This document shows positions 25,701-38,252 of a stretch of DNA of 64,000 nt, in pieces. The number at the start of each line of letters is the position of its first letter. Positions within the stretch are counted from its first letter, which is position 1. The DNA comes from Lingula anatina (taxonomy: Eukaryota; Animalia; Brachiopoda): positions 9,742,954 to 9,806,953 of the forward strand of contig CM120644.1 of assembly GCA_051362555.1 (NCBI GenBank). The letters run 5' to 3'. The translations under genes and the position numbers were made by a program. Below the pieces are notes generated by a model. That model ran no database searches. It was not told where the DNA came from and was given only the letters and a program-made list of their open reading frames with translations.

Positions 25701-28700
25701 GGTCTTACACCCCATTTCCATAGATTTTTAGATTGATCTATCCCTGTGGGGAGTCTCACTAGATTACTGTCAGCTTAGCCGGCTTAAGCGTCTGTCCCGC
25801 CTACTAAAAGCTGTAAGGGGGTAATTAACTATGGTGCCCGCTCGGCTGACTGCAATTTAGCGTGAAACCCCGAGGAGTTAGGTCGATCTAAGTCTTAATC
25901 TCTAGATCGATCTAAATCTCTGGGAAAGCACCCTTAGTTTATGATAGTGATTGCTTCCCGGATTTATACATGTAGAATAATGCTACAGCTGCATGTTATC
26001 CATCCCTTTTTTTTCAGATAAATTAAAGAATTTACATTTTGGTTGCTTGAGGTTAGGAAAATTCTGATTCTTCTTTACGATCAACACCTAGCAGAATGTG
26101 AGAAATCTTATCACTACTACTAGAAAGTCCCTTGTTTGACTGAGATCCTGGCTCTTTCGTCAAGCTTGACAGGGAACTTTCAACAAGCAATGTACCAGTA
26201 ACCCAAGTCCATTTGAAATGTAACATAGAAGTGCTATCATATGAAAATTAAATTTTACGCCCCCCCCCCCCCCCCCCCCCCCCATCTAACAAACTATTGA
26301 TCCTTAAGTTGTAAATGTTGTACGTTTTGTCTGCAATATTGAAAATTGTCATTTTACTAACCTATATATTGCTGTCCCTTGTGTGTTATGCATCAATTTC
26401 TGTTCAAGAAAAAGGCAAAGCATTTGAGATTCACTGCAGAGGACACTGCAGTTTATCAAAATATAGTCTTTAATCATTTGCCCTCATTCAATTTGATGCT
26501 TTTCAACATGCAAATCAAAATGTCGTTTGTTTTGAATCCAGAAATTGACGGCCATTTTGGACTTTTCAACCCTAAACTACAAGCCTAAAAGCATTTTGAA
26601 TCATTCAGTTATATATTCCATTCCATTACTTGAACAATAAAGCTCAGAAAAAGCCTTTTAAGTATCAATGGCAAACTTGGAATCATGATAAATGAAGAAA
26701 AATTAACCACTTTTTGACAGAATAAAGTGTCCAAGAAGCAGAATGAGATTGCAATACAGATAAATTTATCAAATAATAAATATTTTTAATTTACTTATTA
26801 TTCAATTTAATGTTTTTTAACATGCAAATCAAAATAATGTACGTTTTGAATCCAGAAATTGGCGGCCATTTTGGATTTTTATACCCTGAACAAAATCTCA
26901 AAACAATTTAAATTATTCAGTCATACATTTCATACCATGACCTGTGCAATAAATCCTCCATTAAGTAGTCTGAGATGTTTTATACTAAGAAAGGCTTGTT
27001 GACATATCAAAACAAAAAGCCCATTTTATGTGGTGGCCATCTTGGATTAGAGCCATCTGTGTTCAAATGTACAATTTTGTGATAAATTAACTGGTAAAAA
27101 TTAAAAATATAGACTTCAACTTATTCAAATACATCAAAACATGTAAAATATTCCTAATTTTTGGTTAATAAAAAAAATTTCAAATTTAGGTATTTGTATT
27201 TTTTCACAAAAAGTAAGGAAAATGGCCGCCATCTTGGATTCAGTCGCCATCTTGAAAAATGTAAAGTGCCTGAAAAATCAAAGAAGGCCAAAGTACTTGT
27301 GATCAGTGCAAATTTTGATAATATTAAGTTGTTAAGTAACTTTTAAATCAATTTTTGTATTTACAGTTGACATATGAATTTACTGGCGGCCATCTTGGAT
27401 TTGGCCTGTTTCCGGTACAAACGGACACTTTTTCAAGCCGGAAACAAGCAGAAATGAAAAATTCAGGTTCTAAACTACAAGAATCAATCATAAAACCTTT
27501 GCCTGACGGGGGGTGCAGCCAAATCCTTAAATAAGGCCTTTTTTCAATTTGGCTCATGGACTAATAAAAAATCTCATTTTTACAGGTTTTAAAGATGATG
27601 CCCATAGAGCATTTGGAGTCCAGTTTAAAGATATCCTGTCTGGCCAGTCTGCTGGCCCTCATACTGACCACACAGACAGATCACACTGTGAAGACCCCAC
27701 CAGAAGACAAAGCCATGTCCACTGCACTGTTTAACAGCTGTCTGGACATTGTGGTCATCATCACTGACCAGTGGCCTGGAGTGTGGTCAGTGGCTCATAT
27801 TGAGGTCCTGGATGCCCTCTGCTGGATCATGACCATAGCAGACTCTAAGATTATCATGGTTAGTTGTCTTGGGTTCATTTTATTCAAAGAGTTGTACAAA
27901 TTAGATACATATCCAGTAAATGGTAAACCTGGGTTGGTTATGTTATTATTATGCACTTCATTTGGAAAGCAGGTTGTTGTCAGATACCTTGTATAGCTTG
28001 AGAGATTGGTTTAATATAAATATTTAATTATTTAAATTTATTTATTAATTTATTTATTAAATTATTTTTGCTATTGAATCTGTGCTCGCAAAAATGTTTT
28101 GATAACAGGATATTAGAGTAAAAAGAATTCCATTGTCCATTGTCTCTGTCCATTGTGACTACATTTATACAAGTTGGTGAATCTTTAATTTAGAACATTT
28201 TCATAATTAGGTATCTTTGCTTATTTGACAGGATTACACAGAAGTGCATGCCTTGTTAATTATACATTTTTTATGTTGCATACAGGAAGCAGCTCATTTT
28301 GAAACTACCTAGAACATTACAGTCTGTAAATTTCAGGGCCAGTATGGCAGTGTGGATTTCCAAGAGGAGCTTAACCAGAGACACCTGGTGGAGAGTCTGG
28401 TGAGAGGTATCAGAACAGAGGAGCAGATATCACTGGCTAAAGATTTGGTGAATGTTGTGCTCATCTTATTGTTCAAGCATGTAGAGACTTTATAAAAAAC
28501 TTTATAAAAAATGAGCAGGATAGGGTGCTACAGCATGAGAAGCCATTGAACTTTTTCCTTTACTGACTACTATGAGGATTCGCCTTATTCATATAGACCA
28601 TAATCCTTTGCGCGCAACAGGAGTTCCGTTATTTTTTCCCATATCAAATCTACAGACGCGCGAATAAAATGCCGTACAGGTAAGTGAAAAATGATTATTA

Positions 28701-31700
28701 AATTTCAAATAAAATAGATATGCGTAAATCTAATATTTCTCCTCATAATTATTACCTTTTGCAATGAAATTAGTCGTTTTTTAATAAAGTTTTTTTATTT
28801 AGACAGTAGGCTGACTTGGAGCGCATTTGCGCACTGTAGTGTGTTAGCTGTGTTGAGAGGAGATTGCATTGGTGCTTGTCTTGTTTGACCCATTTTTGGT
28901 TGGTTTGGTTTGTTTTTCAGCGAGTCCGATATGAGTCGGATGTCCATTTTGTAAACCATAGCCAGGCTATATATATATATTAGCATATCTTGGTTAAATA
29001 TATTTAATACTAAATGTGCTCATCTTGCCCTAAAGTCTACTTTAGTGAAACTCATAACTATTATCAAGTTATTGTTTTTTTTTTCTGTAAACATAGTGTG
29101 TTTTACCATCATTTTTTTCCATAATTTTCTACAGGTAATAAAGTGATTCAGGTAAATGAAGAAGGCATATGTGGGCGACTACTGCTGAGTGCCTGGATGC
29201 ACAAACTCCCGTGGGAAATGTAATCGGGAGGGGCAAGCAATAAGCTTTTACCAATTCCCCAAAGATGTCAGACGTAAACACAACTGGCTGTGCCACATAC
29301 CTGTAGATAAGGATTTTATGTCTATAACATCCACAAGGATATGTTCTGTGCATTTTGAAGGAGGTATATATATAATGCAACAATGAATGTTATTATAAAA
29401 TGCATATAAAAGTAGAATTGAGAAAAATGTGTGTGTGTGTGAGTCTGCATGGGTTCCCATGCCTAGATTGATACATCTGGATCAGTGTAACTCCCTGGGG
29501 AGTCTCACTAAATTGCTATCAACTAACCAGCTTAAATGACTGTCATACATACCAAATCAACTAGGGGGTAAAGAAATTACCCTCTATCGGCTATACTAGG
29601 TGTGACAGACATTAAAGCAATTTATTTGATAGCAATATAGTGAGATTCCCCAGGGAGTTACACTGATCCAAGTGGATCAATCTAGGCATGAGATAGGGAA
29701 GATGATCAATCCAAATATCTGTGGGAATGGTTCCTTAAAGCAATAATAACTCTTCCTTTGAGATTCAAAATTCCGCATGAAATACATTGTAAACAACGCA
29801 TGGAAATATATTCTATTGTATTTTACCACTAAAACGGCCGTTATTGTAGTAAAACTAAAATCTGTGCTTGTCAATAGGGCTTTCGATGCTTTCATCAAGG
29901 CATTTGTTGCTAATGACGTAATGGTGTCACGCGGATTTTCGCGTTCATTCGAGACCAAAATAACATATGGCGCCAAACGCATTAATGCGGACGCAGACAT
30001 AAGTTGTGAGTTTTTGTACAGTGCGTCGGATAACGAAAAGCCCAGAATGGCAAACATTGTGGATATTAATGTATTTTTAACAAAAAGACGAATATATCTC
30101 ATGAATCTTATATAGTGTTGTATTTGTCTGCTTTTCCCGCGGTTTTAAGTAGGTCAACAGTGACTATGCGATGTCAGAGAGAGCTCCGTCAGTTAAAATC
30201 TCTTAAGAGATTTTAACAAAAAACCGTACGTTTAGGAAAAAAACCCTGGATTAACTTTGAATGCAGGAATGGGGTCGCTGACCATTGGTAAGTATGGGAA
30301 AATTGCCGTTTACTCCAGGAAAATCCAATTTTTGGCCAAAATGAAGAGTTATTGTACCACCAGCGTTAGCGCTGGCGGTACACATGGTTTCGGTCTCGTC
30401 CGGATCGTTCCGCCGGCTCCGCCGGCTCCGCCGGTTCCGCCGGCTCCGCCGGCTCCGCCGGCTCCGCCGGACGGCTACCGTTACCGCTTCTCCTCCTAGA
30501 CGGTAAGGCCCCCCATACCCATCTCATGGATTTAGGTCACCTATAATCTCAACTCGTTCCACGTAAAATTTGGGCTTTGTCGGTATTGGGGTCTGGGTGT
30601 GGCACTCATTGCAATGCACCCTTGTCTAAAAATGGCAAAATTAAATGCTAATTATCTACCCTACGGAAGGAGTTATGGGAAAAATTTCTATAGACGGCTT
30701 TCCAAAAGTCATATGTGTAGATTTCAAATATACCCTTGGATTTGACCTTTGACCTTTACTTCAAGGTCAAATGGGCCAAAATTTTCAAAAAAATGAAATT
30801 TTTTACGAAAAAAAATTTTTTTGCCCTGTTATTCAGACACCACACAGACTTAACCAATAATATTATTGGAAAGTGTTACCCTTCAGGTCATCTTTCATCT
30901 CCATGAATTTGGGGTCAATCGGTGCATTTTCACGGGAGTAGCGGCCATAAGATACCGAAACTGAAAACTGTCTCTAATTCGGGAACCGTTAATGCTAGAG
31001 ACCCATTCTTTTTTGCATTTTGTAGAGCATGTAAAGCCCAACACTGGAGGTGGTCTCGGTTTTTTTGTATTCCATACGGTTTTCGAGTTACGCTGTATCA
31101 AAAAGTACATATTGGTGGTAAAAGCAAAATGTGCAGTACGGTAATGGATAATAAATTTTGAACTCTGGAAAAATAAAACATTAGGCTTGGCAAAGCAGAC
31201 AACTTGTGTTCAAAAATGACATTATTTCATCAAATTTGAACTTCTGAAACTTCAGAGCACCTCTTATTTCAAGAATTTTGACCAAAATGACATTTTCTTT
31301 ATTTTAATTAATTTTTTCTGTACGAAATTTAAGGCACATTATGGTAACTCCAAAATTATAACATTTAGTCCCTTATATCTCCAAAACTGGCAGAGATAGG
31401 TCTATAGTTACTATTGAAGTTGAATAGGAAGTCATATACTGGCAATCTATATGTGACCTTAAAATTGACCTTTGACCTACTTTTCACCATGAACTGAACT
31501 TTGCAAATTTTTCTTCCCTTTTATCTCCAAAACTGGCAGAGATAGGTCCATAGTTACTATTGAACTTGAATAGGAAGTCATATACTGGCAATCTATATGT
31601 GACCTTAAAATTGACCTTTGACCTACTTTTCACCATGAACTGAACTTTGCAAATTTTTCTTCCATTTTATCGCCAAAACTGGCAGAGATAGGTCCATAGT

Positions 31701-34700
31701 TACTATTGAACTTGAATAGGAAGTCATATACTGGCAATCTATATGTGACCTTAAAATTGACCTTTGACCTACTTTTCACCATGAACTGAACTTTGCAAAT
31801 TTTTCTTCCCTTTTATCTCCAAAACTGTCAGAGATAGGTCCATAGTTACTATTGAACTTGAATAGGAAGTCATATACTGGCAATCTAAATGTGACCTTAA
31901 AATTGACCTTTGACCTACTTTTCACCATGAACTGAACTTTGCAAATTTTGCTTTCCTTTTATCTCCAAAACTGGCTGAGATAGGTCTGTAGTTACTATTG
32001 AACTTGAATAGGAAGTCATATACTGGCAATCTAAATGTGACCTTAAAATTGACCTTTGACCTACTTTTCACCATGAACTGAACTTTGCAAATTTTGCTTC
32101 CCTTTTATCTCCAAAACTGGCAGAGATAGGTCCATAGTTACTATTGAACTTGAATAGGAAGTCATATACTGGCAATCTAAATGTGACCTTAAAATTGACC
32201 TTTGACCTACTTTTCACCATGAACTGAACTTTGCATGTAAAGCCCAATACTGGAGGTGGTCTCGGTTTTTTTGTATTCCATACGGTTTTCGAGTTACGCT
32301 GTATCAAAAAGTACATATTGGTGGTAAAAGCAAAATGTGCAGTACGGTAATGGATAATAAATTTTGAACTCTGGAAAAATAAAACATAAGGCTTGGCAAA
32401 GCAGACAACTTGTGTTCAAAAATGACATTATTTCATCAAACTTGAACTTCTGAAACTTCAGAGCACCTCCTATTTCAAGAATTTTGACCAAAATGACATT
32501 TTCTTTATTTTAATTAATTTTTTCTGTTCGAAATTTAAGGCACATTATGGTAACTCCAAAATTATAACATTTAGTCCCTTATATCTCCAAAACTGGCAGA
32601 GATAGGTCCATAGTTACTATTGAACTTGAATAGGAAGTAATATACTGGCAATATAAATGTGACCTTAAAATTGACCTTTGACCTACTTTTCACCATGAAC
32701 TGAACTTTGCAAATTTTGCTTTCCTTTTATCTCCAAAACTGGCAGAGATAGGTCCATAGTTACTATTGAACTTGAATAGGAAGTCATATACTGGCAATAT
32801 AAATGTGACCTTAAAATTGACCTTTGACCTACTTTTCACCATGAACTGAACATTGCAAATTTTGCTTCCCTTTTATCTCCAAAACTGGCAGAGATAGGTC
32901 CGTAGTTTCTATTGGACTTGAATAGGAAGTCATATACTGGCAATCTTACTGTGACCTTGAAATTGACCTTTGACCTACTTTTCACCATGAACTGAACTTT
33001 GCAAATTTTGGTTTCCTTTTATCTCCAAAACTGGCTGAGATAGGTCCGTAGTTACTATTGGACTTGAATAGGAAGTCATATACTGGCAATCTATATGTGA
33101 CCTTCAAATTGACCTTTGACCTACTTATAATCATGAACTGAACTCTGCTAATTTCTTTCTCTTTTAACTCCAAACCTGGCAGAGATAGGTCCATAGTTAC
33201 TATTGAAGTTGAATAGGAAGTCATATACTGGCAATTTACTGCGACCTTGAAATTGACCTTTGACCTACCTTACGATGAACTTAACTTTGATTGTACCATT
33301 TTAAGTTATATATATTTTTTGCGTATTTTGAAAATTCTTGTTGATTGCATTTTTATAGCTTGTCAAGCATAAGACTGGTGGCTGTGTCCCTTATTTTGTG
33401 TATGTGGGGGTCTATACGAATGCGCTTGCTCCAGCTGGTGGTACAATATTCGGAGGCGGTATCGCCTCTCTGATCCTCTAGTTATGACTTTAATTATATG
33501 ACATTCTTATTTATAATTATATTTACTCATTTACAGGTAGAAAGAATGATGACCCAGCTCATCCAAGCTACTCACCAACTATTTTCCCCAATAGTTCCTC
33601 CAAACCCCGCACAACAAATAACTCTTTATCTGCTAATGGGAGCTACAACCAAAAGCCAAAACAAATTTTCAGAAAAAGATCATCAACTGGCAGGCAAGCT
33701 GCTGGCAGGCCAAATGTTGCAAGACGTTTAGTTGACTGTCTGAATGAAGCAGGAGATCATGATTATTATACAACAAATAAGCAACAAAATTTAACAAAAA
33801 TTCAACAATTGGAAAAAGAGGTAACTGAATTGAAAGAGCAAATATCTGATTTAAAAGGAAAATTTCTTCGTTTAGAAAATATAAAAGATGATGACAGAAA
33901 ATTTCAGTTTTGGACTAATCTGCCAAATTTTTTAGTTTTTTCTTCATTATACAATTACTTAAAAACAAGAACAGATTTTATTTGCCTTTATTAGACATAT
34001 TGTTCTGACCAGAATTACCCTTTTCTTCTTGTACATTTTAGTATCGTTACTTAAAATTCTTACTAAAATATACTTTAATACAAATGTTTTGGTCTAAGAT
34101 TCACGGAACAGCTGACATAGGGCATCATAAAGATAAATGGGTATACGACTTTCCTGACATATCAATTCCCTCTCAGTGTCTCACTCAAGGCTCTCTTGCT
34201 GGAAGTTGGGTATATTTGGCCTGGCTATGGTTTACAAAATGGACATCCGACTCATATCGGACTCACCGAAAAACAAACCAAACCAAAGTGACTTTAAAAA
34301 TGGGTCAAACAAGACAAGCAAGAACGCAATCTCCTCTCAACACATCTAACACACTGCAGTGCGCAAATGCGCTTCAAGTCAGCCTATTGTTTAAATAAAA
34401 AAAAATAATAATTAAAAACAACTAATTTCATTGCAAAAAGTTATAATCATGAGGAGAAATATTAGATTTACACATATCTATTTTATTTGAAATTTAATAA
34501 TCATTTTTCACTTACCTGTACGGCTTTTTATTTGCACGTCTATAGATTTGATATGGGAAAAAATACCGGAACTCCTGTTTTCGCGCAAAGGATTATGGTC
34601 TATATGAATAAGGCAAATTCAGAGAGCTTTTATGTGCGAATATTAAAGGCATTCCTTGTGTGTGTTTGTTTGTGTATAAGTTGATACTTGACTTTTCAAA

Positions 34701-37198
34701 TTTACAGTTATCAATTAATGCAATGTGTCATTGACTGGTGAACTTGTTGTTTTGATCTAGCTCAAGGAAGACAGACAAACACACATGTGGTTGGTTTTCA
34801 CAGAGAAGTTGACAAAACAGCTCCTCAAGGTAAGTGAATAGGGAATAAGTTCTCTTGCAAATAAGAACCAATTTGTACCATAAAGTAATATTTGTTTTTA
34901 TGTAGAAATAAAATTATGATAAATAATGTTACAATTTACAATTGTGGGTTAGTCTGTGATGATTTGAACTTTTTTCTAGCTCCTTAAAAAGCCCAACATG
35001 GATTCCACATTAGAAAGTGCCTGTGTAGCATGTCTGAAACAAGTGGAGTTTCAAGTATCAAATGCCATCAAGGAAGCAGCGGAATGCTCTGAATGTCCCA
35101 CTTTTGCCTTATGTCTAGATGCTTATTGTGCTTTACTACATGGAGGAAGATTGCAAGAAAACAATGAAAACATATCTGCCATGTGCCAGAGGTGTTTAAG
35201 GCTATTAGAAGAGGATGAAAGTAACCATGATATCCTTCAGTCTTGTTTGAACTTCATTAAGACTGTGTCAGAGGTTACTATAGATGAAGAGCTTGTTGAT
35301 AGTGCCTGGAAAAGTTGTCTTACTTGCTATAGAAGGCTGTTTGCCAATCAGGAATCAGGTGATCAAGAAACTGCCAATCAGGAATCTGGTGATACAAAAG
35401 CTGCCAGTCAAGAAAGTCGAAATTTAAAAACTACCAAGCTGAAATCTGGTGAAAAAGAAACTACCAACCAGAATACTGGTGTTGAAAGAAGTGAAAGTGT
35501 GAAATCTTCATTTTGTAACACTGGTAAAATGTTAAACAAAAAAGACATGGCAGAACTGAAAACTTCACAGACAAGTTGTGAATTTGAAGAAAAGCAGCTC
35601 CAGCAAGTCAGAGATTTATTGCTGGAAGTTCTAGTCACCATGTTGGAAAAGTGTAGCGTAGAACAGTTCCAATCACTACTCCATGATCTGATGGCCAGGA
35701 CCACTTATCCGTTCACACCATCTGTCCTTCATGTGTGGACCACCCTTGTTGACAGAGAGCTGGAGGAGACCAAGCTGCCGAGCCTGGCAGTCTCAGTGCA
35801 AAATCTAAACCTCTTGCTTCAGGGTGTGGCCCTTGATTTGCAGACGAAGACACCATTGCAACAGGGGTCTGGACTGCTGCCAGTTCTGCAGTTTGTAACT
35901 AAAGTTCTTTCACAGAAAAAGGTATGGTTCTTGACTTGGCTTGTTGCTGGATGAAATTCCCTAACTTGAATTTGAAATAATTGAAACGGAATAGATGATA
36001 ATTCATGTTATCTACCATTGATGGGTCTCTGAAGAATAGCACATGTTGAGATTTGCTGTAAAATTTACTTTGAAATAGTAACACATTGGGGGCCCATAAT
36101 GGTTCTATAGATGTTGGGGGTCACTGTGGTCATGGGCATGTTCAGTGATAAATGTATTTATGTTTCGTTTTGTTTGATTTAGATACAGTAAGAAAAACTG
36201 CCATATTTTCCCACTTTGTACCAGTAACTCTGTATTTTTCCCTTTCAGATCTTCCTGTCCTCACAGTCTGTTCTAGTCTGCCTTCACAGCTGTCTCTATG
36301 TTCCCCTCAAAGATCTCCAAGACCACACACAATTCTTTGAGATACACAAAGCAACTTATGATGTATTGAATGCTCTGCTGATTGACCATGCCAAAGTTTT
36401 GTATGGTGCTATACCAGTCTTCCAGCAAGCAGTTCGGAGCTTTATGGAAGCCATTTTGGAAGTTGGCTGGCAGAAACAAGATGGCGACTGCATTGTAAGA
36501 GGTGAAGAGGATGTGGTTGGGTGTGCTTTACTGGCCGATAGGTAATTAATCTTTGGTTGATTTTATTATAAAATTATTGTTATTATTATTAATGTTACTG
36601 TATAGGTCTTGTAATATTTCCTCAAAATAAAATTGCAGTATATAGAGACAATGATATTGGATTTACGTGCTTTGAATATCTCATCTCTCTATTTTGCTTG
36701 AGTTTTTTTGAAATTATTTTTCCAGACTTTTCTCACTGATGATCAGTCATAAGTCAGAGTTCAGCAAGGTGGTGATGTACCTGGTGGCAGACTATGTGCA
36801 CTACTTACAAAGGGGAACACTACGACCAGCTGTGAAAGTTAGCATTTCTACATCGCTTCTATCTCCTTAAAACATTTTGGTTTTTGTAAAATTTAAGAAA
36901 TGAATGAAATAGCCACAATATTGCCACATCAGCTTCATTATAAATAGAGATAGCAGTCAGTTGATATTTTAGAGAGTGGTGGTCGGTACCGTTTAACATT
37001 TGGAGAATAACCCTAAATCTCTGTTGTATTTTTATATTTCAGAAAGTACTGGTCAGCGCCATGTGTAAGCTGCTCAGTATATGTGACCAGCACTCCATAG
37101 CTGTACTACACACTGCATTGTCACAGGGAGCCAAGGAGATCTTTAAGGGACTGTATCAGGAATACGAAAAATATCACAAATATACTGGGCGGGTGTGA
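11195..37198 (+). CDS. URB2: Unhealthy ribosome biogenesis protein 2 homolog (multi-exon)
   Basis: First recognisable exon 11195-11345 (LHLKLKDRFLPWESKLKLARFVWASKGVVIPNKEQYVIDWL) matches the URB2 N-terminus. Last exon 37043-37198 ends LYQEYEKYHKYTGRV*, matching the Urb2 C-terminus. Approximate internal exons: 11608-11722, 12087-12224, 12461-12616, 12908-13035, 13390-13512, 13840-13925, 14237-14470, 14792-14905, 15397-15554, 15988-16091, 16498-16661, 16979-17170, 17541-17705, 18037-18245, 18508-18651, 21361-21438, 21769-21877, 27586-27858, 28286-28447, 34761-34829, 34980-35921, 36249-36540, 36726-36837. Start codon uncertain: an in-frame ATG at 11173 or an upstream exon. Confidence 0.88.
15295..15339. 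repeat. (GT)n microsatellite
   Basis: Pure TG dinucleotide run. Confidence 0.95.
16693..16750. repeat. (GT)n microsatellite
   Basis: Pure TG dinucleotide run. Confidence 0.95.
18802..21303 (+). mobile_element. Non-autonomous Helentron/DINE-1-like (HINE) element, family A copy 1, with 146-bp tandem array
   Basis: 5' ttattgtaccaccagc and 3' gctggtggtacaat subterminal inverted repeats. (ccggct)-type simple repeat near the 5' end, 3' stem-loop ggaggcggtatcgcctc, terminus ctagtt. 146-bp monomers at 19815/19961/20107 and 20548/20694/20840/20986. Near-identical copy at 30349-33483. Confidence 0.85.
22162..27563. mobile_element. ~5.4-kb decayed DNA transposon with ~1.1-kb inverted arms (Academ-like termini)
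   Basis: Termini tagtccatgagccaaa / tttggctcatggacta with a 3-bp ata duplication. Arms ~22162-23300 and ~26480-27563 are near-identical reverse complements (mirror ORFs 22168+ and 27348-). No intact internal ORF. Superfamily inferred only from the TAG terminus and 3-bp TSD. Confidence 0.75.
25705..25936. mobile_element. Palindromic MITE (family B), nested in the large inverted-repeat element
   Basis: Shares ggggagtctcacta..., ggggtaatta and gatcgatcta motifs with the copies at 29458 and 55262. Confidence 0.65.
29458..29690. mobile_element. Palindromic MITE (family B)
   Basis: catgcctagattgat...ggatcagtgtaactccctgggga.tctcacta / tagtgagattccccagggagttacactgatcc...atcaatctaggcatg. Confidence 0.85.
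30238..30348. repeat. Short dispersed repeat (also at ~40424-40540 and ~59325-59400)
   Basis: Shared ..accattggtaagtat(g/t)ggaaaattg..gtttactccaggaaaat.ca.ttttt.g.c..aaa.gaagagttatt. Confidence 0.65.
30349..33483 (+). mobile_element. HINE element, family A copy 2, with 146-bp tandem arrays
   Basis: Same termini and body as 18802-21303. Six monomers from 31378 and five from 32584. Lies inside the intron of the THAP transposon. Confidence 0.85.
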
Positions 37199-37465
37199 GA
37201 TGGAGGAATTGGTTTTAGCATTTCATGCAAATTGCTCTTACAAAGAAATGGTTTATGTTTTCAAGGGCCAAAATTGTAAATATTATATGCTAGAAACTGT
37301 TCAAAGTCAGATATAGAGATAAATTATGTGATCATAAAGATCAAGCTAATGATATGATCATATGACTATTTGAATAGTGTTGAAACATAAACTCTGAATT
37401 CTCAGCCAGAAACCTAAATGGGTCCATTTTCTAAAGCATGATTCATCTGGAAGTCATATGCCACT

Positions 37466-38252
37466 TACCCTGAGTGTCAGAGCAACGTAAAAGCTAGCTT
37501 GCTATTAAAATATACCTTGTGGTGGAGTCGCTTTTACTAACTCTGAAGACCAGCGGCAGTGAAAGTTTTCCATCAATCAAATAGAACTGCTCCGCAGTGA
37601 AAATGCAGTTGAATGTCATCAGACCAAAATAAAACGTAAAACAAATTTAATTCTGCTTTATTTAATATTATTTGCTGTATTTAAGATGTAAAATGAAAAA
37701 AAAATAATAATATTCTTCGGAAAGAAAAGATATATCCAATGTTTTTGTATTTTTTGCTTATCAAAGAACATTTAGTCCTGAGTTATACACGTGCACAATA
37801 CATGTGCTTGCCGTGTGCCAAATTTGACGCTGTATGCCCGATACCACTATAAGGGCTGCGCAATGGCTACACGAAAATAAGTTTTTACAGCAGAATGTTG
37901 CTTGTATTGTGGCACTGACCTTCGACTGCAAGATATTTTCAATTCAAACTTCTAACTCCGCGTCAGGCACTTTAATTGCTTCTTGTCTCGCCTGCACGAG
38001 ACTTCAGCGCAAGGCGGGAAAGGCAGCTCCAGGCAGTCAAACCTGTGACGTACGAGACTTATGACCTTCAAATATGGATCCAGGCGGACATAGCTGTGAC
38101 GTGTGACTTCCAAATATGGAAGCGCCCCAGGCAGAATTTTGAAGAAGAACGCCCCCGAGTTGCCACTGTTCGCTAGAGCCTGGTATTGCTACTATGGGTT
38201 ATATATGAAATCAAGATCGAGCTGGCAATACCGGAATCTAGAACCTAGGGTA
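37466..38252. mobile_element. Non-autonomous DNA transposon with 8-bp TSD (hAT-like)
   Basis: TSD atgccact at 37458-37465 and 38253-38260. Imperfect TIRs taccctgagtgtcaga / tctagaacctagggta. Confidence 0.7.

Larger units (their letters stand above)
29156..33994 (+). pseudogene. THAP-domain transposase remnant
   Basis: Exon 29156-29363: MKKAYVGDYC*VPGCTNS...FYQFPKD...W...RICSVHFEG, with an in-frame TGA at 29186. It splices to 33537-33994: GRKNDDPAHPSYSPTIFP...GDHDY (HCF-1-binding-type motif), a coiled coil, then NIKDDDRKFQFWTNLPNFLVF. No DDE domain is left. Confidence 0.8.
28582..34614 (+). mobile_element. Internally deleted THAP-transposase DNA transposon (ISL2EU/Harbinger-like) with ~390-bp TIRs
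   Basis: TIRs gccttattcatatagaccataatcctttgcgcg... (28582-~28970) and reverse complement (~34220-34614). Contains a spliced THAP gene remnant and nested insertions. Confidence 0.8.

Noticed and set aside
29677-30115. Overlapping 141-aa and 112-aa ORFs on opposite strands
   Set aside because: No recognisable domain or splice support, and they lie within a nested repeat region.
30257-30499. Pro/Ala-repeat ORF, and the Arg-rich ORFs at 18680-18996
   Set aside because: Translations of the (ccggct) simple repeat in the HINE 5' region.
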